From NCBI GenBank assembly GCA_009602735.1, contig WELA01001939.1:484846-548845 (forward strand): DNA of 64,000 nucleotides. The letters run 5' to 3'. Position numbers and translations under genes: made by a program. Source of the stretch: Mesotaenium endlicherianum (taxonomy: Eukaryota). How positions within the stretch are numbered: position 1 is the stretch's first letter; each line of letters starts with the position of its first letter. Shown here one piece after another: positions 12,525 through 22,287 of this stretch. Below the pieces are notes generated by a model. The model was not told the origin of the DNA and searched no databases. It worked only from the letters and a program-made list of their open reading frames with translations.

Positions 12525-12777
12525 CCTGCACATGTAACCAGGGCACAAGTTAGTAGGATATCGACCTTTGTCATAGGAATTGCAGGAAGGAAGTAATTTC
12601 GTATTAGTATGGTGGATTCGCTCCTGTTTACCTTACAGGGTGATTGCTAGGAGTTGACGTAGTTGCGGTGCGCTAGACATAAACGTATAAATGTGTTTTA
12701 AGGTGCGTTAAGTGATGTATTGCTGTGCGAGGCCCTTTTTCCTTCCGCCCGAGGTGCTTTATGTGGGCCAGGCTGTC

Positions 12778-12853
12778 CCATCTGTCACTATGCTGACACT
12801 TAGGATTCACATAATCGTTCCATCTGTCACTATGCTGACACTTAGGGTTCACA
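12778..12853. repeat. 42-bp period tandem duplication in the B2 pol-to-extra-ORF spacer
   Basis: CCATCTGTCACTATGCTGACACTTAGG(A/G)TTCACA at 12778 and 12820. Absent from B1. Confidence 0.9.
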
Positions 12854-12960
12854 CAACTGTCCCTTTCTTGCTTTCGCACACTAACTGTCATATATTTTCC
12901 CCTCCAACTTAAATGGAGACAGAACCTCCTGTCACCTTCCTGTGTCAACTGAAATGACCG

Positions 12961-13416
12961 TTATGGAGGGGCTCCAGCCGCCCGAAGGTGGAACCGTTTC
13001 AACGCCCCTTTGGCATTGGTGTCCCCAAAGGCATCGTAACCCTTCCATCGAGTGAGGTACTTCATGACATATTTAGACGATCGACGGACCGAGCGCGCGT
13101 CTAAAATCTCCTCAACCTCATATCCCTCACGGTCACCGTCCCGGACAGCGGGGACCGGTCCCGTTTGGACAGGTAACCGACCTGTGAACAGTGTGTCCCC
13201 TTTGATGTTTGGTTCCAAGGACACACTAAAGACCGGATGACCCTTGTATTCTGCTGACATGTTAAGTTTGTAAGCATTCTGACCGACACGGCGCACCACC
13301 GAATATGGACCGACCCAGACAGTACCAAGCTTTTTCTTGACCACACCAGAGTGCTGAGAATGGAGTTTGACCAAATCGCCCTCAGAAAAGGTCAGTTCTC
13401 GACGGTATTGATTAGC
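12961..13416 (-). pseudogene. pol: Integrase C-terminus and chromodomain of B2 pol (downstream of the B1 insertion)
   Basis: VWVGPYSVV...YEVEEILDAR...YLTRWKGYD, with small deletions relative to B1. Continues the IN sequence that stops at 22288. Confidence 0.9.
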
Positions 13417-14161
13417 TGAAATGAATCGACTTACCAAATAGGCGATTAACAATTAATAAAGATCTTTATATCAGCAAGTAATCTTTATGGTATTTCCGTT
13501 AACTCGTTAAACGGCAAAGGACAATATACTAGCAGGGAATACTACTCGTCAGTCAAATGAGAGTAAACTAGCATCAATAATGCAAATCAGTAAACTCATA
13601 CATAAGCAAGGTTAGAAGACAGTGCGTATCAATGGCTTCTCGCCTTGGATTCAGATCTCTCTCAGTAAGCTGTACAAGAGAGTTGGTCTCGTTTCCGAAT
13701 GCCGAACTCGAGAGCAATGCCTAGCATATGTACATGGAATGAGTTTACTGTTCAACGGTCAGTGCGATGGCACCGCCTACCCGGGAGTTAACCACGTTGG
13801 TAGGACCTCGGTTAACCAAATCCACCGCCATCTCCCATCATCCCGAATAGCCATCCATCATAGGGATGTCATCTGGCCATTCATCTAGCATATCGCACTT
13901 AGATGCATATCGAGGCAGTTCGCTGCTACCGAGTACGGAAGTCAGCTGGCTGTCAAAGAATGTGTCAGCAAGCTGACTTAAGTTGACTTCAGCCTGCTGC
14001 TTTTGGCCGAGTCATTAAACTGATAATTATGTAAAGTCCAGCAGACTGATTATTAACTAAAGTTCAGCAGACTGACTACTAACTAAAGTTCAGCAGGCTG
14101 AACTAAATTAACTATTATATTTAAATGAATATTATATCTACTAATATACTGATTCATTACA
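13417..14161 (-). repeat. 3' LTR of B1 (745 bp)
   Basis: TGAAATGAATC...GATTCATTACA. Highly similar to 21517-22287. Confidence 0.95.
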
Positions 14162-14176
14162 ATCCCTCCAACTTAA
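14162..14176 (-). promoter_or_regulatory. Polypurine tract of B1 (TTAAGTTGGAGGGAT)
   Basis: Purine-rich tract abutting the 3' LTR. Same sequence in B2 at 10746-10760. Confidence 0.85.
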
Positions 14177-14274
14177 CTTGTTGTCGCCTCGACAACATTA
14201 AACTGCAAAAGCTTTAAATAAAGAAACTGACCCTGACCAGCCTCCCTTACTGACTATCTTTTCAGCCTGTCACC

Positions 14275-15951
14275 TTAAGGGGTGGTTCCTGGGGCTTCAG
14301 GATCAGGGGACGGAGATCTGGACCTAGATCTGGACAGCCCTCTAGGTCTGTCAGCTGGCCTTCTAAAGAACCCGGTTTGCTCTAAAGTTGGACCTCGAGG
14401 AGAACGAAGGATGGTAGCCTGCTCTTCAACCACTTGGGTGTTGATGCCCACATAGACAGGCATTCCAGTAGGATGCTGAAATACATTGGCTAGAGGTACA
14501 TGCCCCTGAGCGGAGGGGGAGGCTGGCATACCTCTGGCCCACCCGCGTGTCCCTCTTCTGGCACCCCTGTCCTCTGGGGATTTCTGCCTGTGTCTGCTGC
14601 CCAGTACAGTCAGATCAGCTTCTTCCCCTGCTTGGGCAGGTGGGCTGGGGGAGCGAGCGCGGGGTCCAGTTGTCGCCATAACGGGGATCACATTCCACAC
14701 ACCTGATCGTGGTTCTTTAGGAAGTGCCACTGCCTGTCCCTGGGTATCCTGAGTACCTGCTGCTGATGCTTCTCCTCTGCCTTGTTCTTCTTCCTCATCC
14801 TCCTCATCCTCCTCCTCGGAGAGAGTAGGGGTCTCGTCCACTAAGTCGTCCTGCTCCCTAGTAGACATGGAGTAGTCTACCGACCTCCCTTTCTTAGGGC
14901 GCGCTGGAGGTTGCTTGGCCTTCAGCCTACTGATATCTATCCGGCCTGCATTCTTTGCCCATTTGACAAAGGCATGCTTTCCCTTAGAGAAGTAGTCTCT
15001 TCCCCTCCTCCTATGTTCCTTGGTCTCTGCATTCATATTGCTCAGGCATCCATTCAGCCTGGGGTCCCAAGGGGCAATGTGAGGTGGTAGGATGAGATAG
15101 CCGTCTAGGCCATAGTGGAAGTCATCCGGTTGGGCTCGGTCACACTCCTGCTTCTTATTTGTGACGGTCATCCACCTCCAGTCTGTTGGCTGCTGGTAGT
15201 ACTGGGGTCCGTGCTCAGCCTTCCTCAGTTTACACGGGAACCAGTGGGGAGAGAACATCTGCTGTCCTGCTTCCCTGGCCAAGTACTCCCAGCTCCTTCT
15301 CTCAACTTCATTGTAAGCTGGCAGGAGTGTGAGGTAGAATACCGTATCCTTAAAGCTATCGGGCCGCATGCTCACCATCCGGATGAGTCTCTGATCTCCC
15401 ACTATTCCCGGTATGGGGACCGGCTTGTCCTCTGAATCATCTGCGAGATACCGGGCCTGCTCTGCTGTATAGCCCACCATCTTAGCATAATCTTCGTAAA
15501 GGACCACGCCGGTGTGTGTCTCGATGTACCTGTCCAGTGCTGTAGCTCCTTCCTTCTGTAGCAGTGTTGTCTGTTCCAGCCTGTTGATCTCCTGGGCTGC
15601 CAGCAATGCTTCCTTCAGGTTATCGAAGTTTTGGCCACCCACCACAGTATACCTGTAAGTGGCCAAGCTCTTCTGTCTGTCCGCTTCAATCTTTTTTCTT
15701 TTCTCCTCTTCTGCCGCTGCCGCTTCTTCTTGCTGTTTCTTCTGTCTCTCCTCCTCAGCCTTCCTGAGGTTTTCCGCTTCCTGATCCTTCTTCCTCTGTG
15801 CCTCTTCTGCCGCCTCTTGTTGTTTGCGGACCCTTTCTTGTTCTCTCCTGGTGAGGGACGTCGCCGCCAGCTCCTTCTGGTATTGCTCCATTGTCCTCCT
15901 GGCTTCTTCTGCCTTGCGCTTTCTGTCCTCCTTTTGTGTGGTGGGCGCCAT
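14275..15951 (-). CDS. Extra (env-position) ORF of chromovirus B1, 558 aa, unknown function
   Basis: Open from ATG 15951 (MAPTTQKEDRK) to TAA. Charged coiled-coil-like N-terminus, aromatic-rich central region, acidic run and R/S/P-rich tail. Conserved in B2 with mostly synonymous changes where I compared the two. Confidence 0.85.
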   Translation of the reverse strand: MAPTTQKEDRKRKAEEARRTMEQYQKELAATSLTRREQERVRKQQEAAEEAQRKKDQEAENLRKAEEERQKKQQEEAAAAEEEKRKKIEADRQKSLATYRYTVVGGQNFDNLKEALLAAQEINRLEQTTLLQKEGATALDRYIETHTGVVLYEDYAKMVGYTAEQARYLADDSEDKPVPIPGIVGDQRLIRMVSMRPDSFKDTVFYLTLLPAYNEVERRSWEYLAREAGQQMFSPHWFPCKLRKAEHGPQYYQQPTDWRWMTVTNKKQECDRAQPDDFHYGLDGYLILPPHIAPWDPRLNGCLSNMNAETKEHRRRGRDYFSKGKHAFVKWAKNAGRIDISRLKAKQPPARPKKGRSVDYSMSTREQDDLVDETPTLSEEEDEEDEEEEQGRGEASAAGTQDTQGQAVALPKEPRSGVWNVIPVMATTGPRARSPSPPAQAGEEADLTVLGSRHRQKSPEDRGARRGTRGWARGMPASPSAQGHVPLANVFQHPTGMPVYVGINTQVVEEQATILRSPRGPTLEQTGFFRRPADRPRGLSRSRSRSPSPDPEAPGTTP

Positions 15952-16218
15952 CCTGCACATGTAACCAGGGCACAAGTTAGTAGGATATGGACCTTTGTCA
16001 TAGGGATTGCAGGAAGTATGTTAGTATTTAGTATAGTGGCTTCGCTGCTGTTTACCTTACAGGATGATTGCTAAAAGTTGACGTAGTTGCGATGCGCTAC
16101 ACATAAACGTAAGAGTGTGTTTTTATCGCTCTCGCTCACTTACTGTCATATAGTTTCCCCTCCAACTTAAATGGAGACAGGACCGCCTGTCACCTTCCCG
16201 TGTCAACTGAAATGACAG

Positions 16219-19200
16219 TTATGGAGGGACTCCAGCGGCCCGAAGGTGGAACCGTGTCAACGCCCCTTTGGCATTGGTCAAGTGGTCCTTAAACTCCCAA
16301 GTGTCCCCAGAGGCATCGTAACCCTTCCATCGAATGAGGTATTTCATGACATATTTAGACGATCGACGGACCGAGCGAGCGTCTAAAATCTCATCGACCT
16401 CATATTCCTCAGGGTCGCCGTCCCGGACAGCGGGGACCGGTCCCGGTTGGACAGGGAACCGACCTGTGAACAGTGTATCACCTTTGATGTACGGTTCCAG
16501 GAAGGAGACATTAAAGACCGGGTGCCCCTTGTATTCAGCTGACATGTTCAGTTTGTAAGCATTCTGACCGACACGACGGACCACCGAATATGGACCGACC
16601 CAGACAGGGCCAAGCTTTTTCTTGACCACACCAGGGAGGTACAGGTGCTGAGAATGCAGTTTGACTAAATCCCCCTTGGAAAATGTCAGTTCCCGACGGT
16701 GTTGATTAGCGTATTTTTGTTGGTTTTCTTGGGCCGTGTGCAAGTTTCGTTGGACTTCTGACAGGGTGTCAGCAAACTCCTGAGTTAACTGGAGGGAGAC
16801 CGGGTTGTCAATCCCTTCAGGGTGAGTTAAAGATTCCCCTAGCACATCTAGAGGAGACTTAGGGACTCTACCCAGGCTGAGTTCAAAAGGAGTTTTGCCC
16901 GTTGACGCGTGCACCGCACTGTTGACCGCAAACTGAATTTGAGGCAACAGGTCATCCCAATTATCTTGTTTTTGGTTAATATATGCTCTCAGCACCTCCT
17001 GCAGAACTCGGTTAGTTCTTTCAGTCTGCCCATCAGTCTGAGGGTGGTTTGCTGTGCTGAGCAGCTGTTTGACTCCCATTAACCCCATTAAAGCTCTCCA
17101 GAACTTAGAGGTGAATTTTGAGTCTCTGTCTGAGATGATATTAGAAGGGAGCCCATGTTGGCATACTACATGGTTGTAAAACTGTCTCGCTGTTTCGAGT
17201 GCAGTCACTTTGACAGTTGTGGGGATAAAAATGACCATTTTTGTCAGTTTATCCACGACTACCAGTATTGAATCATGCCCGTTGGCAGTTCTTGGTAGTG
17301 AGACCACCCAGTCCATGGATATAGTTTCCCAGCGTCCCGCTGGGATGGGTAGCGGTTGCAAGAGACCTCCGGGTGGTGTGTGCCGAGACTTATTTCTCTG
17401 ACACTGGTCACAGGACTTGACATATTTCAAGACCTCCCGGGGTAACCCCTCCCAATGATAATGTTTTGCCAGTTTGCCAACAGTTTTGGCCTGCCCCAAA
17501 TGTCCACCCAGGAGACTGTCATGAGCTTGACTCAGTAAGAGAGACCTTATTTCCAAGTTATTAGGAATGACCAGCTTCAGCCTGCCTGAAGTGGTTTCAG
17601 TCACCCAGACCCCTCCCTTGAGCTTATACCCGAGTGCAGTAGCACGACACACACCAGTAGTGGGGCTGGGCTCAAATGTTGGGTCAGAAAGGTAGGCTTT
17701 CCTAAGTTGTTCAAGGAAGGACTTTTTCACCTTTAGTGAAGTGAGTGCACACAGGACTTTATCTACAGCATGCTGACTAAAGTTCCTTTCTTGCAAGTCA
17801 GGTCTTCTAGAGAGTGCATCAGCAGGATTCAACTTCCCTGGTTTGTAGTCGATCTGGACTTGGAACTGCTCCAGCATCTGGCTCCAGCGGTTCTCCCTCC
17901 TCGACAGCTTGGACTTCTTCTGAAAGTGGGTCAGAGCTAGATGATCTGTAATCACCTTAAAAGCTTTACCATGTAAGTATGCTCTCCACTGTTTGAGTAC
18001 ATGAATGATAGCTAGCAGCTCTTTATCATGCACTGAGTAATTAATCTCCGCTGGATTAAATTTCATAGACTCATACAACACAGGATGCCACTCCTGCCGT
18101 ACCTTACCATCCTTTGTGGTTTTGTCAGCAGGCTGCAACAAAATAGCACCCATGGCAAAATCAGAGGCATCAGTAACCACCTGCACCGGTTTGCTGGGGT
18201 CATACACGGCTAGCACTGGGGCAGAACAAAGGGCATCTTTAAGGGTCTGGAAGGCAGCCTGCTGCTCTTCCCCCCACACATACCCGATGTCTTTCTTAGT
18301 AAGGTCAGTCAGTTTACTGGCCTTTGTGGAATAATTCTCAATAAATCTCCTATAGTAGTTAGCCAACCCGAGGAAGGATCTAACTTCAGAGACAGACTGT
18401 GGTACTGGCCAGTCCCTTATGGTCTGGACTTTCTTAGGATCCACACTGATGCCCTCTTTACTGACAACGTGGCCTAAGAATTCAATACTTTCCTTAAAGA
18501 AATCACACTTGCTCATTTTAGCATACAAGTGATTTTTCCGCAGAGTGTCCAGCACTTTCTTTAAGTGTTCAGTGTGCTGAGCTTCATCTTTAGAGAAAAT
18601 TAAAATATCATCCAGGAAAACTTGCACAAACTTATCCAAATAAGGTCTGAAAATGTCATTCATAGCACCCATAAAGGTAGCAGGAGCATTAGTCAGTCCA
18701 AATGGCATCACGTTGAACTCATAGTGTCCATAACGTGTGCGGAAAGCAGTCTTGTGTTCATCCCCCTCAGCAATTCTGATTTGATGATAACCACTCTTGA
18801 GATCTATCTTACTGAACACCTTAGCGCCAGACAGGGTATCAAGCAAGTCCTCGATTCTGGGTAAAGCATACTTGTTCTTTACTGTAATTCTGTTCAGGGC
18901 TCTGTAATCCACACACATCCGCATACTGCCATCCTTTTTCTTAACAAATAGGATAGGTGCGCCGTACGGTGATTTACTGGGAGAAATGTAACCATTTTCC
19001 TCCAGCTCTGCAATCTGTGTTTTCAACTCCTCGCTCTCCAAATAAGACAAGCCATAAGTGCGTTGCCAGGGTGGCTGGCTACCAGGTAATAGATCAATCC
19101 TATGATCTACTTCCCTTTTAGGGGGTAGTCCTGGAGGCATGTTAAACACATCAGTGTACTGAGCAACAATTTTTGCAGCAGTAGGGTGCTCCGGAGGGCT

Positions 19201-20028
19201 TACCTTTTTCTCAACCACTTCTTCAGGTTGAGGAGGTACCTCTCTTAGCAGCAGACAGAACATTCTGTCTTCCTTCTGGTTCCAGCTTTTGACGAACTCC
19301 ATTGCATTCAGCAACTTGCATCCTTCTGGAAGCCTCTTCTTTTCCTTCATTTGCCATCCACACAGGACAAGAGGAAGAGCACTGGTGGGTGCCAAGTCAG
19401 TCTGCCCATCACTGGCTCCTCTCACTTTAACTGTACCTCTGCTCCAACACACTTCAGCTTGATGTCTATTAAGCCAGGACCTGCCTAGCACGAGATCATA
19501 AAAGCCAGTGTTGAGTACCTCAAATGTAAGCGTTTCAGTTAGAACTGCAATGCCAGAACCTAACTGGACCTCAATAGGCTTGGTTATAACTCCTCCCGGG
19601 ATACTTGAGGCATCTCCAAGGAATATTTTTCTATTCCCTTGGGTGACAGTAGGCAGCCTTAGCCGCTTAACTAAGTCCTTGTGAATAAAAGTATGTGACG
19701 CCCCTCCGTCAACAAATGCCCTCACCTTCCTACCTGCAATCATGCAATGCAGTAGGATAGGGGGGACTGTCTTTTCCTGACTTTCGCATTGTTCTCCTGA
19801 CGTAGCAAAGAAATGTTGGACATCAGGTGGAACAAGAGCATCCAGAGTGTGCACTCTCTGGACGTCTATATTACTGATGGTCTCCTTTATCTGTTTGTCA
19901 GGCATGCATAGTGAATCCAGTTCAGCAGGACCCATAATACCTGCTACGAGGGCAGCTAGTGACGACTCACTATCTCTAGCATCCTCACAGTCAGTAGACT
20001 GGATTACTGACTGTTGCTGTCTTTTAAA
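16219..20028 (-). CDS. pol: pol polyprotein of B1 (PR-RT-RNase H-IN-chromodomain), probably translated by -1 frameshift from gag
   Basis: Continuous frame with FVDGGA (PR), FLDD (RT), TDASD/ELLAII/ITDH (RH), H-H-C-C, MDWV/SDRD/TER (IN), GPY and chromodomain YEVDEIL...YLIRWKGY...DTWE. The frame is open upstream of ATG 19935 to the slippery site. Confidence 0.95.
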   Translation of the reverse strand, partial: FKRQQQSVIQSTDCEDARDSESSLAALVAGIMGPAELDSLCMPDKQIKETISNIDVQRVHTLDALVPPDVQHFFATSGEQCESQEKTVPPILLHCMIAGRKVRAFVDGGASHTFIHKDLVKRLRLPTVTQGNRKIFLGDASSIPGGVITKPIEVQLGSGIAVLTETLTFEVLNTGFYDLVLGRSWLNRHQAEVCWSRGTVKVRGASDGQTDLAPTSALPLVLCGWQMKEKKRLPEGCKLLNAMEFVKSWNQKEDRMFCLLLREVPPQPEEVVEKKVSPPEHPTAAKIVAQYTDVFNMPPGLPPKREVDHRIDLLPGSQPPWQRTYGLSYLESEELKTQIAELEENGYISPSKSPYGAPILFVKKKDGSMRMCVDYRALNRITVKNKYALPRIEDLLDTLSGAKVFSKIDLKSGYHQIRIAEGDEHKTAFRTRYGHYEFNVMPFGLTNAPATFMGAMNDIFRPYLDKFVQVFLDDILIFSKDEAQHTEHLKKVLDTLRKNHLYAKMSKCDFFKESIEFLGHVVSKEGISVDPKKVQTIRDWPVPQSVSEVRSFLGLANYYRRFIENYSTKASKLTDLTKKDIGYVWGEEQQAAFQTLKDALCSAPVLAVYDPSKPVQVVTDASDFAMGAILLQPADKTTKDGKVRQEWHPVLYESMKFNPAEINYSVHDKELLAIIHVLKQWRAYLHGKAFKVITDHLALTHFQKKSKLSRRENRWSQMLEQFQVQIDYKPGKLNPADALSRRPDLQERNFSQHAVDKVLCALTSLKVKKSFLEQLRKAYLSDPTFEPSPTTGVCRATALGYKLKGGVWVTETTSGRLKLVIPNNLEIRSLLLSQAHDSLLGGHLGQAKTVGKLAKHYHWEGLPREVLKYVKSCDQCQRNKSRHTPPGGLLQPLPIPAGRWETISMDWVVSLPRTANGHDSILVVVDKLTKMVIFIPTTVKVTALETARQFYNHVVCQHGLPSNIISDRDSKFTSKFWRALMGLMGVKQLLSTANHPQTDGQTERTNRVLQEVLRAYINQKQDNWDDLLPQIQFAVNSAVHASTGKTPFELSLGRVPKSPLDVLGESLTHPEGIDNPVSLQLTQEFADTLSEVQRNLHTAQENQQKYANQHRRELTFSKGDLVKLHSQHLYLPGVVKKKLGPVWVGPYSVVRRVGQNAYKLNMSAEYKGHPVFNVSFLEPYIKGDTLFTGRFPVQPGPVPAVRDGDPEEYEVDEILDARSVRRSSKYVMKYLIRWKGYDASGDTWEFKDHLTNAKGALTRFHLRAAGVPP

Positions 20029-21482
20029 GGCTGGTCTTTTCTCTCGACCTTAGGCAGGTGCTTGACCGGACACTGTTCTCTGTAGTGGCCTTTCTGCTGA
20101 CAATGGTAGCAAGTAGATTTTGCTGAGGCTGGTCTCGGCTTAGTCCTACCACCACCCCTTCCATAGCCACCTCGAGAGGGACCACCTCTACCTCTAGACT
20201 GAATAGCATTGTACTCATACTCATATTCATCACCCTGATTATCCTCAGCCTGGTCTCCTTCAACTGCATTGTAGGAACCGTGGGGCTTTTTGACAATCTT
20301 AGACACCAAAGCGTTACTCTGGCGCTTGTGATTGAACTGCTGCTGATCCCAGGCGTCAGCATCCTGGATCAAGTCAGCCAGTTTCTCATACTTTTTCTCA
20401 GCAAAATGACCAGAGACCTCGGATTTCAAGCCATACCTGAAGTATGCTATCCTATACCGTTCTGGCAAATCAGGCTGCTTCATCATGTTCTCTTGGAACT
20501 TTTGAGCAAACTCAGCAACTGAAGTGGTCTGCTTCAGTGTCAGGGAGATCATCGCATAGATAGCTTTCTCCTGCTGGTTGATGACATCAAACTTCTCATG
20601 CAACTTCTCGACAAACTCTACCCACGTAGGGTCACCGAGTTGCCGAGCCTTACGCTCTTCCTTCCAGTAAAGCCACCAGTCTGCGGCACTGCCTTTCAGT
20701 AGCGCACCGGTGTGCCTGACCTTCTCGTAATCTTGCAGTTCTGGGTAGTTCTCCAGCCACTGCTCAACATCCGCGAGAAACTTGATCAGGTAATATTTTC
20801 TGTTTCCCTCAGGATCATAGTCCTGGGGAGGTTTCGGCTTGGGCTTACTAGGCCCTCGGCCACCACCACTAGTGGTGTGAGACCCCAGTTGGTCTCTGTC
20901 CCGGAGTAGGGACATTATGATTCTTTTGTCCTCCTGCTGGGACTGATACATGGTCGCCATTTGCGACTGCATCTGAACGAACAATGCTCCCAAGTCTACA
21001 TTTTGGGGTGGTAGATTAGCAAATGCAGCAGCAGCATTGGCATCTACTCGCTGAGTAGTGTCCTCAACAATCCCTCTTGCTCCTGCAGCAGCAATTCCTG
21101 CCGCATTCAGCCGGTCACGTATTTGACCTAGGGGTACATTGAGTTGTACGGCAGGAGGTGGGTTCAGAACATTGGCCCTTGATGCCATAAGTTCTTCAAC
21201 AGTGCGCTCGTCAGCTGGCTGTCCTTCCCTCCTTTGTATATCTTCAGCGGCCTTTGCTACTTGTTCAGCTTCTAGTCTGGCTATCTCCTCCTCAGCTTGC
21301 TGAGCTGCGACTGAGGCAATAGCAGCTGCCTCATCTGCAGCCTCCCTAGCTGCAGTATCCGCTACTGCTTCCGAATAGGTACGGTTTCCCGCTACATGGC
21401 TTTCCGCCTGGTTTTCGACATTCTCGTTATCCTGGTTCTCCATGTCTCGGGAGTTGCTAGTTTGAGACCTTGTCCTTACCAT
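20004..21482 (-). CDS. gag: gag of B1 (492 aa, CCHC zinc knuckle)
   Basis: ATG about 20 nt after the [28 protein letters not shown]-rich segment and [14 protein letters not shown]. Confidence 0.95.
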   Translation of the reverse strand: MVRTRSQTSNSRDMENQDNENVENQAESHVAGNRTYSEAVADTAAREAADEAAAIASVAAQQAEEEIARLEAEQVAKAAEDIQRREGQPADERTVEELMASRANVLNPPPAVQLNVPLGQIRDRLNAAGIAAAGARGIVEDTTQRVDANAAAAFANLPPQNVDLGALFVQMQSQMATMYQSQQEDKRIIMSLLRDRDQLGSHTTSGGGRGPSKPKPKPPQDYDPEGNRKYYLIKFLADVEQWLENYPELQDYEKVRHTGALLKGSAADWWLYWKEERKARQLGDPTWVEFVEKLHEKFDVINQQEKAIYAMISLTLKQTTSVAEFAQKFQENMMKQPDLPERYRIAYFRYGLKSEVSGHFAEKKYEKLADLIQDADAWDQQQFNHKRQSNALVSKIVKKPHGSYNAVEGDQAEDNQGDEYEYEYNAIQSRGRGGPSRGGYGRGGGRTKPRPASAKSTCYHCQQKGHYREQCPVKHLPKVERKDQPLKDSNSQ

Positions 21483-21503
21483 ACAAAGAAGACTGTGATA
21501 ACT

Positions 21504-21515
21504 GCTCCGATACCA
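21504..21515 (-). promoter_or_regulatory. Primer binding site of B1 (TGGTATCGGAGC, tRNA-iMet-like)
   Basis: 1 nt inside the 5' LTR boundary. One mismatch to TGGTATCAGAGC. Confidence 0.85.
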
Positions 21516-21516
21516 C

Positions 21517-22287
21517 TGAAATGAATCGACTTACCAAATAGGCGATTAACAATTAATAAAGATCTTTATATCAGCAAGTAATCTTTATGGTAATTTCCGT
21601 TAACTGGTTAAACGGCAAAGGACAATACACTAGCAGTGAATAATACTCGTAAGTCAAATGCGAGTAAACTAGCATCAATAATGCAAATCAGTAAACTCAT
21701 ACATAAGCAAGGTTAGAAGACAGTGCGTATCAATGGCTTCTCGCCTTGGATTCAGATCTCTCTCAGTAAGCTGTACAAGAGAGTTGGCCTCGTTTCCGAA
21801 TGCCGAACTCGAGAGCAATGCCTAGCATATGTACATGGAATGAGTTTACTGTTCAACGGTCAGTGCGATGGCACCGCCTACCCGGGAGTTAACCACGTTG
21901 GTAGGACCTCGGTTAACCAAATCCACCGCCATCTCCCATCATCCCGAATAGCCATCCATCATGGGGATGTCATCTGGCCATTCATCTAGCAGGTGGTACT
22001 TAGATGCATATCAAGGCAGTTCGCTGCTACCGAGCACGGAAGTCAGCTGGCTGTCAAAGAATGTGTCAGCAAGCTGACTTAAGTTGACTTCAGCCTGCTG
22101 CTTTTGGCCGAGTCATTAAACTGATAATTATGTAAAGTCCAGCAGACTGATTATTACTAAAGTTCAGCAGACTGACTATTAACTAAAGTTCAGCAGACTG
22201 ACTACTAACTAAAGTTCAGCAGGCTGAACTAAATTAACTATTATATTTAAATGAATATTATATCTACTAATATACTGATTCATTATA
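21517..22287 (-). repeat. 5' LTR of B1 (771 bp)
   Basis: Copy of 13417-14161 with one extra 26-bp repeat unit. Terminal TG mutated to TA. Confidence 0.95.

Larger units (their letters stand above)
13417..22287 (-). mobile_element. Ty3/gypsy chromovirus, family B copy 1 (apparently intact, with extra 3' ORF)
   Basis: LTRs 13417-14161 and 21517-22287, perfect TSD TTAGC (13412-13416 and 22288-22292), PBS, and uninterrupted gag, pol and extra ORF followed by a PPT. Confidence 0.97.

Noticed and set aside
12778..12853. CRISPR-like or ribozyme reading of the short repeats and LTR hairpins
   Set aside because: The context is a eukaryotic retrotransposon, there are only two units without unique spacers, and I did not find a hammerhead core in a foldable arrangement.
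13622..13888. 88-aa ORF (MRINGFSPW...) repeated four times
   Set aside because: It lies antisense inside the B LTR with a GTG start, and copies differ by many amino-acid changes. The recurrence is explained by LTR duplication, and the AYPGVNH similarity to LTR C reflects the DNA hairpin motif.
14275..15951. Calling the extra ORF an env gene
   Set aside because: The position is env-like, but there is no signal peptide or transmembrane segment and the protein is highly charged.
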